A stretch of 64,000 nt of DNA. Source: an uncultured Thermoleophilia bacterium (lineage in GTDB: Bacteria > Actinomycetota > Thermoleophilia > Solirubrobacterales > 70-9). The stretch lies in assembly GCA_963838095.1 (NCBI GenBank), contig CAWIPO010000010.1, positions 25,423 through 89,422 of the forward strand, given 5' to 3'. The notes under the pieces were generated by a model, which made no database searches, was not told the DNA's origin, and saw nothing but the letters and a program-made list of their open reading frames with translations. Positions 1-9,674 of the stretch are shown piece after piece (position 1 is the first letter of the stretch; each line of letters begins with the position of its first letter). The translations under genes were made by a program, and so were the position numbers.

Positions 1-441
1 ATCGACCGGATCGCTCAGCTCCAGCACCGCGTCGAGAATCGGCGGCCGCTCGCGCAGGCTGAGCGGGTTGCCGATCAGCACCAATCCGCTCACGCGGTGC
101 GGAAAGTCGAGCGCGAAGCGCTGCGCGACATAGCCGCCGCTGGAGCTGCCCACGATCACGGCCGCGTCGAGTCCGACCGCGTCCATGAATTCGGCCACGT
201 CGGCGCTCAGCTGCTCCAGCTCGTACCCGGAGTCGGGCCGGTCCGCATCGCCATGCCCGCGCTGGTCGGGGGCGAAGGCGTGGATCGAGGGCGGCAGATG
301 TGGCAGCACCAGCTCGAAGGTGCGCCACGAGTCCACGTAGGCGTGCAGCAACACGACCGCGGTGCCGCCCTTCTCTCCCTGCTCCACGTAGGGAAGCCGC
401 AGCCCGCTCGCCAGCTGCGCGGACTTGAATTCGGGTGTCAT
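1..441 (-). CDS. alpha/beta hydrolase (N-terminal part; the gene runs off the left edge of the window)
   Basis: Manual reverse translation from ATG 441..439 gives MTPEFKSAQLASGLRLPYVEQGEKGGTAVVLLHAYVDSW...IVGSSSGGYVAQRF. It has a GxSxG nucleophile elbow (GSSSG). It is absent from the ORF track because no stop lies inside the window. Confidence 0.8.
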   Translation of the reverse strand, partial: MTPEFKSAQLASGLRLPYVEQGEKGGTAVVLLHAYVDSWRTFELVLPHLPPSIHAFAPDQRGHGDADRPDSGYELEQLSADVAEFMDAVGLDAAVIVGSSSGGYVAQRFALDFPHRVSGLVLIGNPLSLRERPPILDAVLELSDPVD

Positions 442-458
442 CCCGCCATCGGGGCCGG

Positions 459-1825
459 CTACCGGGTCAGCAGCGCGACGAAATCATTGATGTCATCGAA
501 GCGCTCCAGACGGTCGATCGCGCGAATGATCGCGGTCTGACGGCGACTGGTGCGGATGCCGTCGGTCCCGATCCGGATTTTCTCGGCCGTGTCGAAGTTC
601 TCGATGCACTCCTGCGTGCTGGTGAAGGTCTGCCCGTCGGCGAGCTCGATCAGCGCCTCGGCGCCGAAGACGCCGAGACTGATGTCGGGGACGAGCTCGA
701 TCTTGTCGATCATCGCCTGGACGACGGGGTCGAAGATCGCCTTCTTCGAGTACTCGCGCCAGGTTAGGCGGCGGTTGACGAGCGCCGCCGCGAGCGGGTA
801 GGAGCCGTCGAAGAGCAGCGCCGTGTAGGTCCAGTCGGGCTGGGTGCGGATGCGCTCGTAGATCTCCTTCGTCCCCTTCGAGAACATCGTCGCCGAGGCG
901 CCCATCACCAGAGGCACCCGCACCTGCACGCGCTTGACCAGCGCCGGGAGCTGGCCTTTCGGCGTCGAGGCGAAGACCTGCTTCGCCTGCACGTTGACGA
1001 TGTCTAGGATCGCCTGCACGCTGGTGAGCTGGAAGCCGTCGGTGGGGAAGCGCTTGCTGTAGAGCTCGTTGCGGGCGCTGTCGAAGCGCCAGGTCTCGCC
1101 GAGGCCGTCGACGAGCTGCTCGAGCACCACCGGGCGAGGCGATGTCGAGACCCGGTAGCAGTAGCCGTCGGGGCTCTCGAGGATGTCGCGGCGGCCGCTG
1201 ATCCCGGCCTTCGCGTACTGCGCCGACTCGATCCCGCTCATCACCGGCCAGCCGGCGAGCAGCCCCTTCGCCTCGGCCGTCCACGAGACGATCGAGGTCA
1301 CCTGTGGCTGCGTGCAGCAGATCCCGAGCGCGTCCTGGAGCGGTGGCGCCGAGGCCGAGCAGCTGCCGCGACAGCGGGGTCTCGATCTGGTGGGTGGGGA
1401 CCGCCTGGCCGGTGTGGAGGACGTCGGTCAGCACCCCCGAGCGGGCGAGGATCTCGTCCCGGCGACGATCGCCGTCAGCACCTCCTGCCGGAGGCGCCGG
1501 CGAGCTCGCCGACGGCGAGCGCGGTGGGGACGATCGCCGAGCCGGAGGAGCGATGAAGGTCCAGCCTCCCACCGAGCAGCTGCGCGTGGACGGAGCAGCA
1601 GCGCCGCGTGGCGGGCCGAGGTGCGGACCGGTCGCTGGCCGATCACCGTCGCCCGTCGCGGTCCTCGAAGCCGCGCACGGGCGGGCGAACGCGCGCCGGC
1701 GGCACCGCGAGCCGGCGAAGATCGTCCCGATGATGCTCTCAGCTGCTCCGGCGGAGACGATCGTCCCCCGGCAGGCTCTCGTAGCTGAGGCCGGCGACGA
1801 AGTCGGAAGAGCTCGTCGCCGGCAC
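459..1825 (-). pseudogene. MmgE/PrpD family dehydratase (2-methylcitrate dehydratase-like), multiply frameshifted
   Basis: ORF 459..1301 encodes the C-terminal 280 aa of a PrpD-type protein (ALGICCTQ...SGIESAQYAKAGISG). N-terminal pieces of the same protein sit in other frames: VPATSSSDFVAGLSYESLPGDD (GTG 1825..1823), IVSAGAAESIIGTIFAGS, GSAIVPTALAVGELAGASG, EVLTAIVAG, DEILARSGVLTDVLHTGQ. There are at least 4 frame changes between 1300 and 1760, and the 1367-nt length is not a multiple of 3. Confidence 0.75.
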
Positions 1826-2245
1826 ACGCTCGCGGAGGGAGCGTGTGCCGAGCTCCGGCAGCGGCTCGCGCTGGATGCGGTCGAACCCTCGAGCCACCGG
1901 CTCGCCCTCGCAGCTCGGCAGCCCGCCGCGGGCGATGCCCCAGGACCCGGGCGGCAGCTCGGGGTCGATCTGGCGTCCAGGGGGCAGGTGGGCGAAGACG
2001 TACATCACCGTCCAGGAGCGCGACCGGGCGCCGTCGCGGCTGGGGAAGCGCGCCACAGCGGCGCGAAGCCGGTGAGCGCCGAAGAGCAGACCAGCCAGCG
2101 GCCCGGGCACACCTGTCGGCGTGGCGGAAGGGGTCGATGCCGGCGCAGCCGCGCCGGCGCCCCAGCCGCAGAACGTAGGAACGCGGCGGTCGGAGAGGCG
2201 GCAGGAAGACCGCGGAGATGAACGGCCGAAGCGGGTGAGGGCGGA

Positions 2246-2764
2246 TCACCGGCCGGCGGCGCCACTGGCGAGCAGCCCGGGGAGCCCGCCCGACGTCGCG
2301 CCGCGACCGGAACTCACCGGGAAGCTGTCGAACGAGGCCGGACCGCCGAGCGGCAAGCGCCGTGGCGCGCGCGGGGAGAACTGGCGCGGAAGGTGACGAC
2401 GGGCGGAACGAGAGGGGAGAGGGGGGGGGGATCGGGTGGAAGCCAGTGAACCCAGCCGCCGCTCCATCAGGATGTTGAACTGGAGCTCGCTCCTGATCCG
2501 GCGGCGGCGCAGGTCCGCCAGCTCGGACTCGTCGTCGGTGTTCGCGATCAGGCGGTCGAGGCGGTAGATCTCGCGGCGGGACTCCATCTCCGGGGGCAGG
2601 ATCTCGGCGTTTCGCAGCACCTTGTAGGCGAGCCGCAGGTGGGGCGGGATGCCGGCGTCTTTTTCGAGCTCGAGCGGGCGGCCGCTGCCGGGGAGGTCGT
2701 CGAACTCGCCGCGCTCGATCGCATCCCGGATTTTCGCCTCGGCGATTCTGCTGATCGCGTCCAC
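2246..2764 (-). CDS. DUF1992 (YhdN / DnaJC28-like) domain protein; 3' end uncertain
   Basis: ORF 2246..2764. The first ~105 aa ([36 protein letters not shown]...[16 protein letters not shown]) match the DUF1992 pattern. The last third is low-complexity and crosses a C10 run on the coding strand, so the true stop may differ. Confidence 0.7.
   Translation of the reverse strand: MDAISRIAEAKIRDAIERGEFDDLPGSGRPLELEKDAGIPPHLRLAYKVLRNAEILPPEMESRREIYRLDRLIANTDDESELADLRRRRIRSELQFNILMERRLGSLASTRSPPPLPSRSARRHLPRQFSPRAPRRLPLGGPASFDSFPVSSGRGATSGGLPGLLASGAAGR
2421..2430. repeat. G10 homopolymer (C10 on the coding strand of the DUF1992 gene) within a G-rich stretch GAGGGGAGA-G10-ATCGGG
   Basis: Read directly from the sequence at 2411-2436. 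Confidence 0.9.
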
Positions 2765-2910
2765 GTCGGTTTGAGCTTACGCCCGCACGGACACTAGAGG
2801 AAAACAATGGCGGAGTTGGTGATCAGGATGATTCAGTGCCGGCAGCGATTAGTTTCACCGCGCCCGGGTGTCTCAATTACAGGACCTGTTTCCGAGGAAT
2901 GGAGTTACTC

Positions 2911-3366
2911 ATGTTCGAGAGCACAGAGGCCTACAGCGGCTTTGCCGCCGACGACCTCCAGAAGGCGCGGGAGTTCTACAGCGAGACGCTCGGGCTGAAT
3001 GTCTCGGAGTTGGAATCGGACGCGCCGCTGATAACGCTGCACCTCGCCGGCGGCCGGGACACGCTGATCTACCTGAAGCCGGACTTCGTCCCGGCGACCT
3101 ACACGATCCTGAACTTCCCGGTCGACGACGTCGAGAAGGCGGTCGACGAGCTCAGCGCGCGCGGCGTCAGCGTCGAGCGCTACGAAGGCTTCGAGCAGGA
3201 CGAGAAGGGGATCGCGCGCGGGCCCGAAGGTCCCGACATCGCCTGGTTCAAGGACCCGGCGGGCAACATCCTCGCGGTGCACGAGAAACCTAGGCGGAGG
3301 GCGGCGCCCCCACGGGGAAAAACGACACCCCCATCGGGGGTGAGAAATTACAGACTCGTTGCATAG
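2911..3366 (+). CDS. VOC / glyoxalase-bleomycin resistance family protein
   Basis: Within ORF 2836..3366. ATG 2911 is preceded by GGAG. The sequence [31 protein letters not shown]...[15 protein letters not shown] is typical of a VOC fold. The 26-aa tail after AVHEK is probably read-through. Confidence 0.8.
   Translation: MFESTEAYSGFAADDLQKAREFYSETLGLNVSELESDAPLITLHLAGGRDTLIYLKPDFVPATYTILNFPVDDVEKAVDELSARGVSVERYEGFEQDEKGIARGPEGPDIAWFKDPAGNILAVHEKPRRRAAPPRGKTTPPSGVRNYRLVA
3306..3342. other. two tandem palindromic boxes CCCCCA(C/T)CGGGG separated by an A-rich spacer; the second forms a 7-bp stem CACCCCC-ATC-GGGGGTG
   Basis: Read directly: gcgCCCCCACGGGGaaaaacgaCACCCCCATCGGGGGTG. It lies about 45 nt upstream of the GGDEF/HD-GYP start codon. 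Confidence 0.4.
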
Positions 3367-3382
3367 CGCCGATAGGGGTGCA

Positions 3383-5077
3383 ATGGGCGCGTCCGACCAC
3401 GGCTTCCGCGATCGCATGCGCAGCCTGACAGGCACGGTTGCAGCCGCGCTCCCCGAGGGCGGGTCGCTGCCGGTCGAGGAGTGGAACCGCCGCCACCGCG
3501 CCCTGCTGATCGTTCTGTGGCTGAACGTGCTGATCCTCCCGATCTACGGGTTTGCGACGGCGAGCTACAACGTCTGGCACACGGTGCTGCACGTGGGGCC
3601 GCTGTGCGCGCTGGCGGCGCTGGCGACCAGCAGCTACTTCAGCCGCCAGCTGCGCTCTGTTTTCGTCTCGCTGGGCTTGCTTACGGCCGCGGCGATGCTC
3701 GTCCACCTGACCGGCGGGCTGATCGAGGCGCACTTCTACTTCTTCGTCGTCATCGTCGCGCTGACGCTGTACGAGGACTGGGTCCCGTTCCTGCTCGCCG
3801 TGGGGTATGTCCTCTTCCACCACGGGGTGGTGGGGACGATCGAGCCGCACGAGGTCTTCAACCGTCCCGACGCGTGGGCGAACCCGTGGGCGTGGGCCGG
3901 CGTGCACGCCTTCTTCGTCGCCCTCGCCGGCGTCGCCGGGGTCGCCGCCTGGCGCCTGAACGAGGGCGTCCGCGACCGCATGCGCGCGGTGCAGCGCGAG
4001 CTGGCGGTGCTGTCGGAGACGGATGCGCTCACCGAACTCGGGAACCGCCGCAAGGCGATGGCCGACCTGGAGGCGCTGTTCGCGACGGACCCCGAGCCGA
4101 CGGTGCTGGTGCTGCTCGACCTCGACGGCTTCAAGTCCTACAACGACACCTTCGGTCATCCGGCGGGCGATTCCCTGCTGGCCAGGCTGGGGCACCGCCT
4201 GAGCGAGACCGTGGGAGAGCGAGCGCGGGCATACCGGATCGGAGGCGACGAGTTCTGCGTCATCGCCCCCGGCTCTCACGTCGAGCGAGCGGAGCTGGAG
4301 GCGAGCGCCGTCGCCGCCCTCAGCGAGCACGGTCAGGCGTTCCACGTCGGCGCTTCCCCCGGGTCGGTGCTGATTCCCATGGAGGCCCACAACGCATCCG
4401 ACGCAATGCGCCTTGCCGACCAGCGGATGTATTCGGCCAAGTACTCGCTGCGGACGTCCCCCGGCCACCAGAGCAAGGACGTGCTGCTGCAGGTGCTGGT
4501 CGAACGCCAGCCCGAGATCGGCGATCACCTGAACAACGTGCGCGCGCTGGTGGAGCCACTCGCGGTAGAGCTGGAGGTCCCCGCGACGGAGGTGGGTCCC
4601 CTGCTGCATGCGGCGGAGTTGCACGACATCGGCAAGGTCGCGATTCCGGACACGATCCTGAGCAAGCCCGGCCCGCTCGACGAGGAGGAGTGGGAGTTCA
4701 TGCGCCGGCACACGATCATCGGGCAGCGAATCGTCTGTGCGGCCCCGGCTCTCGCCGGCGTCGGCGAGATCATTCGAGCCTCGCACGAGCGCTGGGACGG
4801 CAACGGCTACCCCGACGGCCTCACCGCGAGGGAGATCCCACTCGCCGCTCGGATCATCGCGGTCTGCGACGCCTACGACGCGATGACTTCCGATCGTCCA
4901 TACCGGCGCGCGCTCGCGTCCGAGATGGCGCTCGCCGAGCTGCGGCGCTGCGCGGGCAGCCAGTTCGATGTGCGCGCGGTCGAGGCGTTCGAGGCCGTTC
5001 GCGCTCGGCCCCAGCCGAAGCTGGCCTCGGTCCCGACCGCGGCCACCCCGGCGAAAACTTCCGCTCTGCGCGCCTGA
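3383..5077 (+). CDS. membrane-anchored diguanylate cyclase (GGDEF) fused to an HD-GYP phosphodiesterase domain
   Basis: Within ORF 3359..5077. ATG 3383 follows AGGGG. There are about 5 hydrophobic helices, then RIGGDEF, then HDIGK and HERWDGNGYP (HD-GYP signature). The reading frame is intact. Confidence 0.85.
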   Translation: MGASDHGFRDRMRSLTGTVAAALPEGGSLPVEEWNRRHRALLIVLWLNVLILPIYGFATASYNVWHTVLHVGPLCALAALATSSYFSRQLRSVFVSLGLLTAAAMLVHLTGGLIEAHFYFFVVIVALTLYEDWVPFLLAVGYVLFHHGVVGTIEPHEVFNRPDAWANPWAWAGVHAFFVALAGVAGVAAWRLNEGVRDRMRAVQRELAVLSETDALTELGNRRKAMADLEALFATDPEPTVLVLLDLDGFKSYNDTFGHPAGDSLLARLGHRLSETVGERARAYRIGGDEFCVIAPGSHVERAELEASAVAALSEHGQAFHVGASPGSVLIPMEAHNASDAMRLADQRMYSAKYSLRTSPGHQSKDVLLQVLVERQPEIGDHLNNVRALVEPLAVELEVPATEVGPLLHAAELHDIGKVAIPDTILSKPGPLDEEEWEFMRRHTIIGQRIVCAAPALAGVGEIIRASHERWDGNGYPDGLTAREIPLAARIIAVCDAYDAMTSDRPYRRALASEMALAELRRCAGSQFDVRAVEAFEAVRARPQPKLASVPTAATPAKTSALRA

Positions 5078-5116
5078 CCCGGGGGTGGATCGCGTTCGAT
5101 CGGGTAAGAAGACCCG

Positions 5117-6025
5117 ATGCCGTCCCAACCCCTTCCTCTCCGGCTCGCCTCGCGGGCGTTCACGCGCGTGTTCATGCAGCCCGGCGGCGGGCCCGGCGAT
5201 GAGAAGCTGCGGGAGGCGGTCGAGGGCAAGGTAGTGCTGGTCACTGGCGCCTCTTTCGGGATCGGTGAGGCGAGCGCGCTGGAGCTGGGAGAGGCCGGCG
5301 CGCGCGTGCTGCTCGTCGCCCGGACGGCGAAGCGACTGGAGGTGCTGGCAGAGCGGATCTCCGAGCTGGGCGGCAGAGCATACGTTCACACCTGCGACGT
5401 CGGACAGCCCGACGCGGTCGAGGAGCTCGCGGCCGAGGTGCTCGAGGAGTACGGGCACATCGACGTGCTCGTCAGCAACGCCGGGAAGTCGTCCGGCCTC
5501 GATCGACTCTCCTCACCTTCCCACTTCGGCGCCATCGACATCAATACCTCGGACCGTGCATGTCTGGCCTCTCCTCTGCGCGAGCGGGAGGCTCGTCTCG
5601 ACGCTCGGCGTGCGGATGCCGCCGACCCCGCGCTGGGCGGCCTACCAGGCCTCGAAGGCAGCCTTCGACACCTGGCTGCGAAGCGCCGCCCCGGAGTTGC
5701 GGCGCGACGGCGTCAGCTGCACCTCGATCTACCTGGCGCTGGTGCACACGCGGATGAGCGCGCCCACCCCGAGCCTGCGCAACATGCCTGGACTGAGCCC
5801 GGAGCAGGCGGCCGACCTGGTCTGCGCGCGGTCGTCGAGCGCCCGCGCGAGATCCAACCGTGGTGGGTGAGCCTGGCCGCTCCCAGCTTCGAGTTCGCGC
5901 GCGGACCGTGGGAGCGGGTCAACGAGCTCGCTTACCGTCTCACCGCAGACTCGAGCGCAAGCTCGAAGGCAGCGCGGAACACCCCTGAACCGAACGAACG
6001 CGCGCGAGCGGCGCAAGCGTCCTGA
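5117..6025 (+). pseudogene. short-chain dehydrogenase/reductase, multiply frameshifted
   Basis: The N-terminal part is in the frame of ORF 5117..6025 (VLVTGASFGIGEA...LVSNAGKS). The catalytic part is in the frame of ORF 5265..5870 (VSTLGVRMPPTPRWAAYQASKAAFD...LVHTRMSAPTP...LSPEQAADLV). The tail returns to the first frame (AVVERPREIQPWWVSLAAP). Several frame switches fall within 5480-5830. Confidence 0.7.
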
Positions 6026-6050
6026 GAGGGCTGCCGGCGCCTGGGCTAGT

Positions 6051-6072
6051 CACGAACGGCAGCGGCGCCCTC
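6051..6072 (-). repeat. copy of the intergenic motif (reverse orientation): CACGAACGGCAGCGGCGCCCTC
   Basis: Matches the reverse complement of the consensus CCCTCGGTGCTGCCGTTCGTC. It lies between the convergent SDR and acetolactate decarboxylase stops. Confidence 0.6.
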
Positions 6073-6852
6073 AGCCCGAGTGCTCTACCCCCGCCAACGC
6101 GTCGTGGGTTGCCTGGCTGAGGTCGGGGGCGGCGAGGTCGATTCCCGCGGGGAGCTCGATGTGGAGGTCTGCCGAGAGGTCGAGCCTGAACGCGAGCCCT
6201 TGCTCGGGCTTGCCTCCAGGACGTGGCCGCCTCGGGTGCGATCGGGGTGACGAAGTGGAGGTGGTAGCCGCCGACCTCGAGGCCCTGGCTGTAGTCGGGG
6301 AAGCGAAAGCCGACCACGGTGCCCTCGGCGCCGGAGAGCTCGAACACTCGCTGCTCGGCGACCACCTCGGTCAGCGGCCGGTATGGCGGAGACTGGCGGG
6401 GGACCGAGCGCAGCTTCAGATGCTCGAACTCGCCGTCGAGCCGCAGCGCACAGGCGACGACGTCGCCGGCAGGTGGCGATCGACCTCCGCGAGGAGCTCG
6501 TCGTATCCCAGCGGTGAGCCGAGTCGAACTCGAGGGTGGGGGAGAAGTTGATCACGACGGCAAACGGGGTCCGTGTCGAGGCGTCGATCTCGGTCACGGC
6601 GCCGTCGACGTCGGCGCGCAGGAAGCGGCCGTCGAGGGCGATCATCTCGCCGTCGAGGGCGTTCAGCGTTCCGAGGCCGAGGTCGCCGTGCTCGGCCAGC
6701 TCGGCGAAGCTGACGTCGCCCTCATACGCGCCCTCGAGCAGGGCGCCGATCGTCGAGGCCTGAAAGAGCACGTGGGGCTCGCGCTCGGCGTGGAGGTCGT
6801 GGTGGCGCATCGCCTCGACGTGAAGCGAGCGGATCATCAGCTCGTCGAGCAC
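6071..6852 (-). pseudogene. budA: alpha-acetolactate decarboxylase, multiply frameshifted
   Basis: ORF 6085..6852 gives the N-terminal part (LFQASTIGALLEGAYEGDVSFAELAEHGDLGLGTLNALDGEMIALDG). C-terminal pieces sit in two other frames: VFELSGAEGTVVGFRFPDYSQGLEVGGYHLHFVT, DRTRGGHVLE, and LHIELPAGIDLAAPDLSQATHDALAGVEHSG, which ends at stop 6071..6073. Confidence 0.75.
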
Positions 6853-7445
6853 TCAGCGCTCTTGGTAGTAGCTGATCGCGCCCGTCTCGATCAGGTCGCC
6901 CTCGTGGATCGCCTCCACGTCCAGCTTCAGATAGATCTCGTTCGAGGCGACGACGCCGCCGCCCGGCAGCTCGTCCTGCCAGGAGACGCCGTAGTCGTGG
7001 CGGTTCAGCCGGGTCGTCGCCTTCCATCCGATCCGGCGCATCTCGCCGCGGTTGACGTCGCCGTCCCACCACGGGGTCCGCCACTGACCAAGGTAGGTGA
7101 TGTCGAGCGGGACTCGCCCGTCTGTGCCGCGGATCGTCAGGTCGGCCTCGCCCTTGAACGTCGTATCGCCTGTGCGCTCGAGGAAGCGGCCCGAAAAGGG
7201 AATCCTGGGATGGTTCTCGACGTCGAGGAAGTCGGCGCTCCTCAGATGCTCGTCTCGAGCGGGCTCGCCCGACCACAACTGCGTCGTGTCGATCTCGCCC
7301 TCGAAATGGTCTCGAGACAGCTGTCCCAGTCGAACTCCATGGAGCCGTGGATGTCCTTGAAGGCGCCCGTGACCCAGGTGACCATCATGTGCATGGCGCG
7401 GAACGTCGCCGCCGTGTGCCCGGGCTCGAACATCCACTTCGTCAT
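6853..7445 (-). pseudogene. YceI family protein, frameshifted
   Basis: MTKWMFEPGHTAATFRAMHMMVTWVTGAFKDIHGSMEFDWDS starts at ATG 7445 with RBS GGAAAGG, in the frame of ORF 7242..7700. The protein continues in ORF 6853..7437 (EIDTTQLWSGEPARDEHLRSADFLDVENHP...). The 593-nt length is not a multiple of 3. Its stop abuts the budA GTG (TGAGTG). Confidence 0.7.
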
Positions 7446-7536
7446 CTGAGTGGCCTTTCCATGCCTTCGGAGCCTACGGATCGGCGTCGCTCGGCAATCG
7501 CGCTCAAGTCGGCGGGCCCGAATGTCGATGCGGTGA

Positions 7537-9648
7537 TTGATGGTGGGTCCCGCACCAGAGTCGTCCGCGATCGCTGACCCCGTCGACGACACGCAGCAGG
7601 TCCTGGAGGAGCTGCGGGCCACCCGCGATCGCCTCGAGGAGGCGCAGCGGCTCGCCCGGCTGGGGAGCTGGGAGTGGAACATCGCCGACAACGTCGTCAC
7701 CTGGTCGGACGAGCTGTTCCGGATCTACGGCCTCGAGCCGGGGAGACCGAGCCGAGCTACGAGGAGTTCCTCAGCCGCGTGCACCCCGACGATCGCGAGT
7801 CGGTCGACGCGCGCAACCACAAGGCCTTCGCCGACCATCAGCCGTTCGAGGACATCAAGCGCTGCCTGAAGCCCGACGGCTCGGAGTTCCTGATGCACAC
7901 CCAGGGCGAGGTGATCACCGACGCCGACGGGAGCCCGATCAGGATGGTCGGGATCTGCGAGGACGTGACGGTCGAGAAGCGGGCCGAGGCCGTGCAGGCG
8001 GAGCTGGCTGCGATCGTCCTCTCCACTGACGACGCGATCGTCGTGCTGTCGCCCGACGGCGAGATTCGCGGTTGGAACCCCGCCGCGGAGCGGCCTGTAC
8101 GGATACGCGGCCGAGGAAGTCGTCGGGAGAGCCGATCGAGATCCTGATCCCGCACGACCCGGCGCGGCCGAGGAGAGCGAGAACCTCGCTCGGGTCGCGC
8201 TCGGCGAGCGCATCTCGGCCTACGAGTCCCGGCGGCTGTGCAAGGACGGCTCGGCGATCGACGTCTCGCTGACCCTTTCCGCGGTCCGCGACCCCGACGG
8301 AGAGGTGCTCAGCGTCGCCTCGATCGAGCGCGACATCACCGAGCGCAGGCAGTTCGAGGCCGAGCTCACCTATCTCGCCAACCACGACCCGCTCACCGGC
8401 CTCGCCAACCGCCGCCGCTTCGAGGAGGAGCTTGCATCCCGCGTCGCGCTGAGCCACCGATACGGCGGGGGCGGAGGAGTGCTGCTGCTCGACATCGACA
8501 ACTTCAAGTACGTCAACGACGCCTTCGGGCACCGCTCCGGGGACGAGGTGCTGCGGGCCATCGCTCAGTTGCTGAAGCGGACCGTGCGCGTGACCGACAT
8601 GGTCGCCCGCCTCGGCGGCGACGAGTTCGCGGTCCTGATCCCCGAGCCCGATGCCGACCAGGCCCAGCAGATGGCCGATCGGCTGCTGGAGAGGATCCGC
8701 GACCTCGTCGCCCAGGTCGAGGGGCGGCCGCTGAAGGTGACGGCCAGCATCGGGGTGTCCACGTTCAGCGACGCCGATCGCGACAGCGACGAGGTCATCC
8801 ACGCGGTCGATCAGGCGATGTATCAGGCGAAGGACGACGGTCGCGACCGGGCGGCGTTCCAGTCCGAGACCACCCTCGGGCGGGCCCTGCAACACGTGCC
8901 CGTAGGTTGGGAGCACCGAATCCGCGACGCGCTCGAGAACGGCCTCTTCGAGCTTCAGAGCCAGCCGATCCTCGACCTGCGCCGCAACCAGGTCTCCCAG
9001 CACGAGCTGCTGTTGCGGATGCGGGGCGAGGAGGGGCTGATCCTCCCGGGCTCGTTCCTCGGCGTGGCCGAGCGCTTCGGGCTGATCCATGAGATCGATC
9101 GCTGGGTGGTGACGCAGGCGATCCGGATGCTTGCGCAGAAGCCCGACATCCGGCTCGAGGTCAACCTCTCGGCGCGCTCGGTCGGCGACAAGCAGCTGAT
9201 GGAGCTGATCGCGAAGGAGCTCGCCGAACAGGGGGTCGACCCGACGCGGCTGATCCTGGAGATCACCGAGACGGCCGCGATCTCCAGCATCGACGAGGCG
9301 CGGCGGTTCGCGCTCGAGCTCTCCGACGTCGGCTGCCGCTTCGCGCTCGACGACTTCGGGGCCGGGTTCGGGTCCTTCTACTACCTGAAGCACATGCCGG
9401 CCGACTACCTGAAGATCGACGGCGACTTCGTTCGCAGCCCGCGATCGCCGACCGACGAGCTGGTGATCGAGTCGATCGTCCGCATCGCCCGCGGTCTCGG
9501 GAAGCGGACGATCGCGGAGTTCGTCGAGGACGCCGCGACGCTGGAGGTCGTGCGCGCGCACGGCGTCGATTTCGCCCAGGGCTACGAGATCGGGCGCCCG
9601 GCGCCCGTCGCCGAGATGCTGGGCGTTCCGGTCGCGGCCGGCGGCTGA
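7537..9648 (+). pseudogene. PAS-PAS-GGDEF-EAL c-di-GMP protein; N-terminal third frameshifted, 8305..9648 intact
   Basis: PAS1 (LGSWEWNIADNVVTWSDELFRIYGLEPG) is in the frame of ORF 7537. SYEEFLSRVHPDDRESV...MVGICEDVTVEKRAE and PAS2 (AIVLSTDDAIVVLSPDGEIRGWNPAAE) are in the frame of ORF 7674. GEPIEILIPHDPA is in the frame of ORF 8072. ORF 8305..9648 then carries RLGGDEF and an EAL-type domain (QHELLLR, LILEITE). Confidence 0.75.
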
Positions 9649-9674
9649 GCTGCCGCGCTCGCTAATCTCGAAGC

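Noticed and set aside
3290-5458. 722-aa minus-strand ORF antisense to the GGDEF/HD-GYP gene
   Set aside because: It is Arg/Gly/Pro/Asp-rich with no recognisable motifs. It fully overlaps a gene with clear catalytic motifs on the other strand. Long antisense ORFs like this are typical artefacts of 70% GC DNA.
6022-6074. Possible bidirectional terminator hairpin between the convergent SDR and acetolactate decarboxylase genes
   Set aside because: The arms (CTGAGAGGGCTGCCG / CGGCGCCCTCAG) pair only with bulges, and I could not define a convincing stem. The region is better explained by the recurrent motif copy at 6051-6072.
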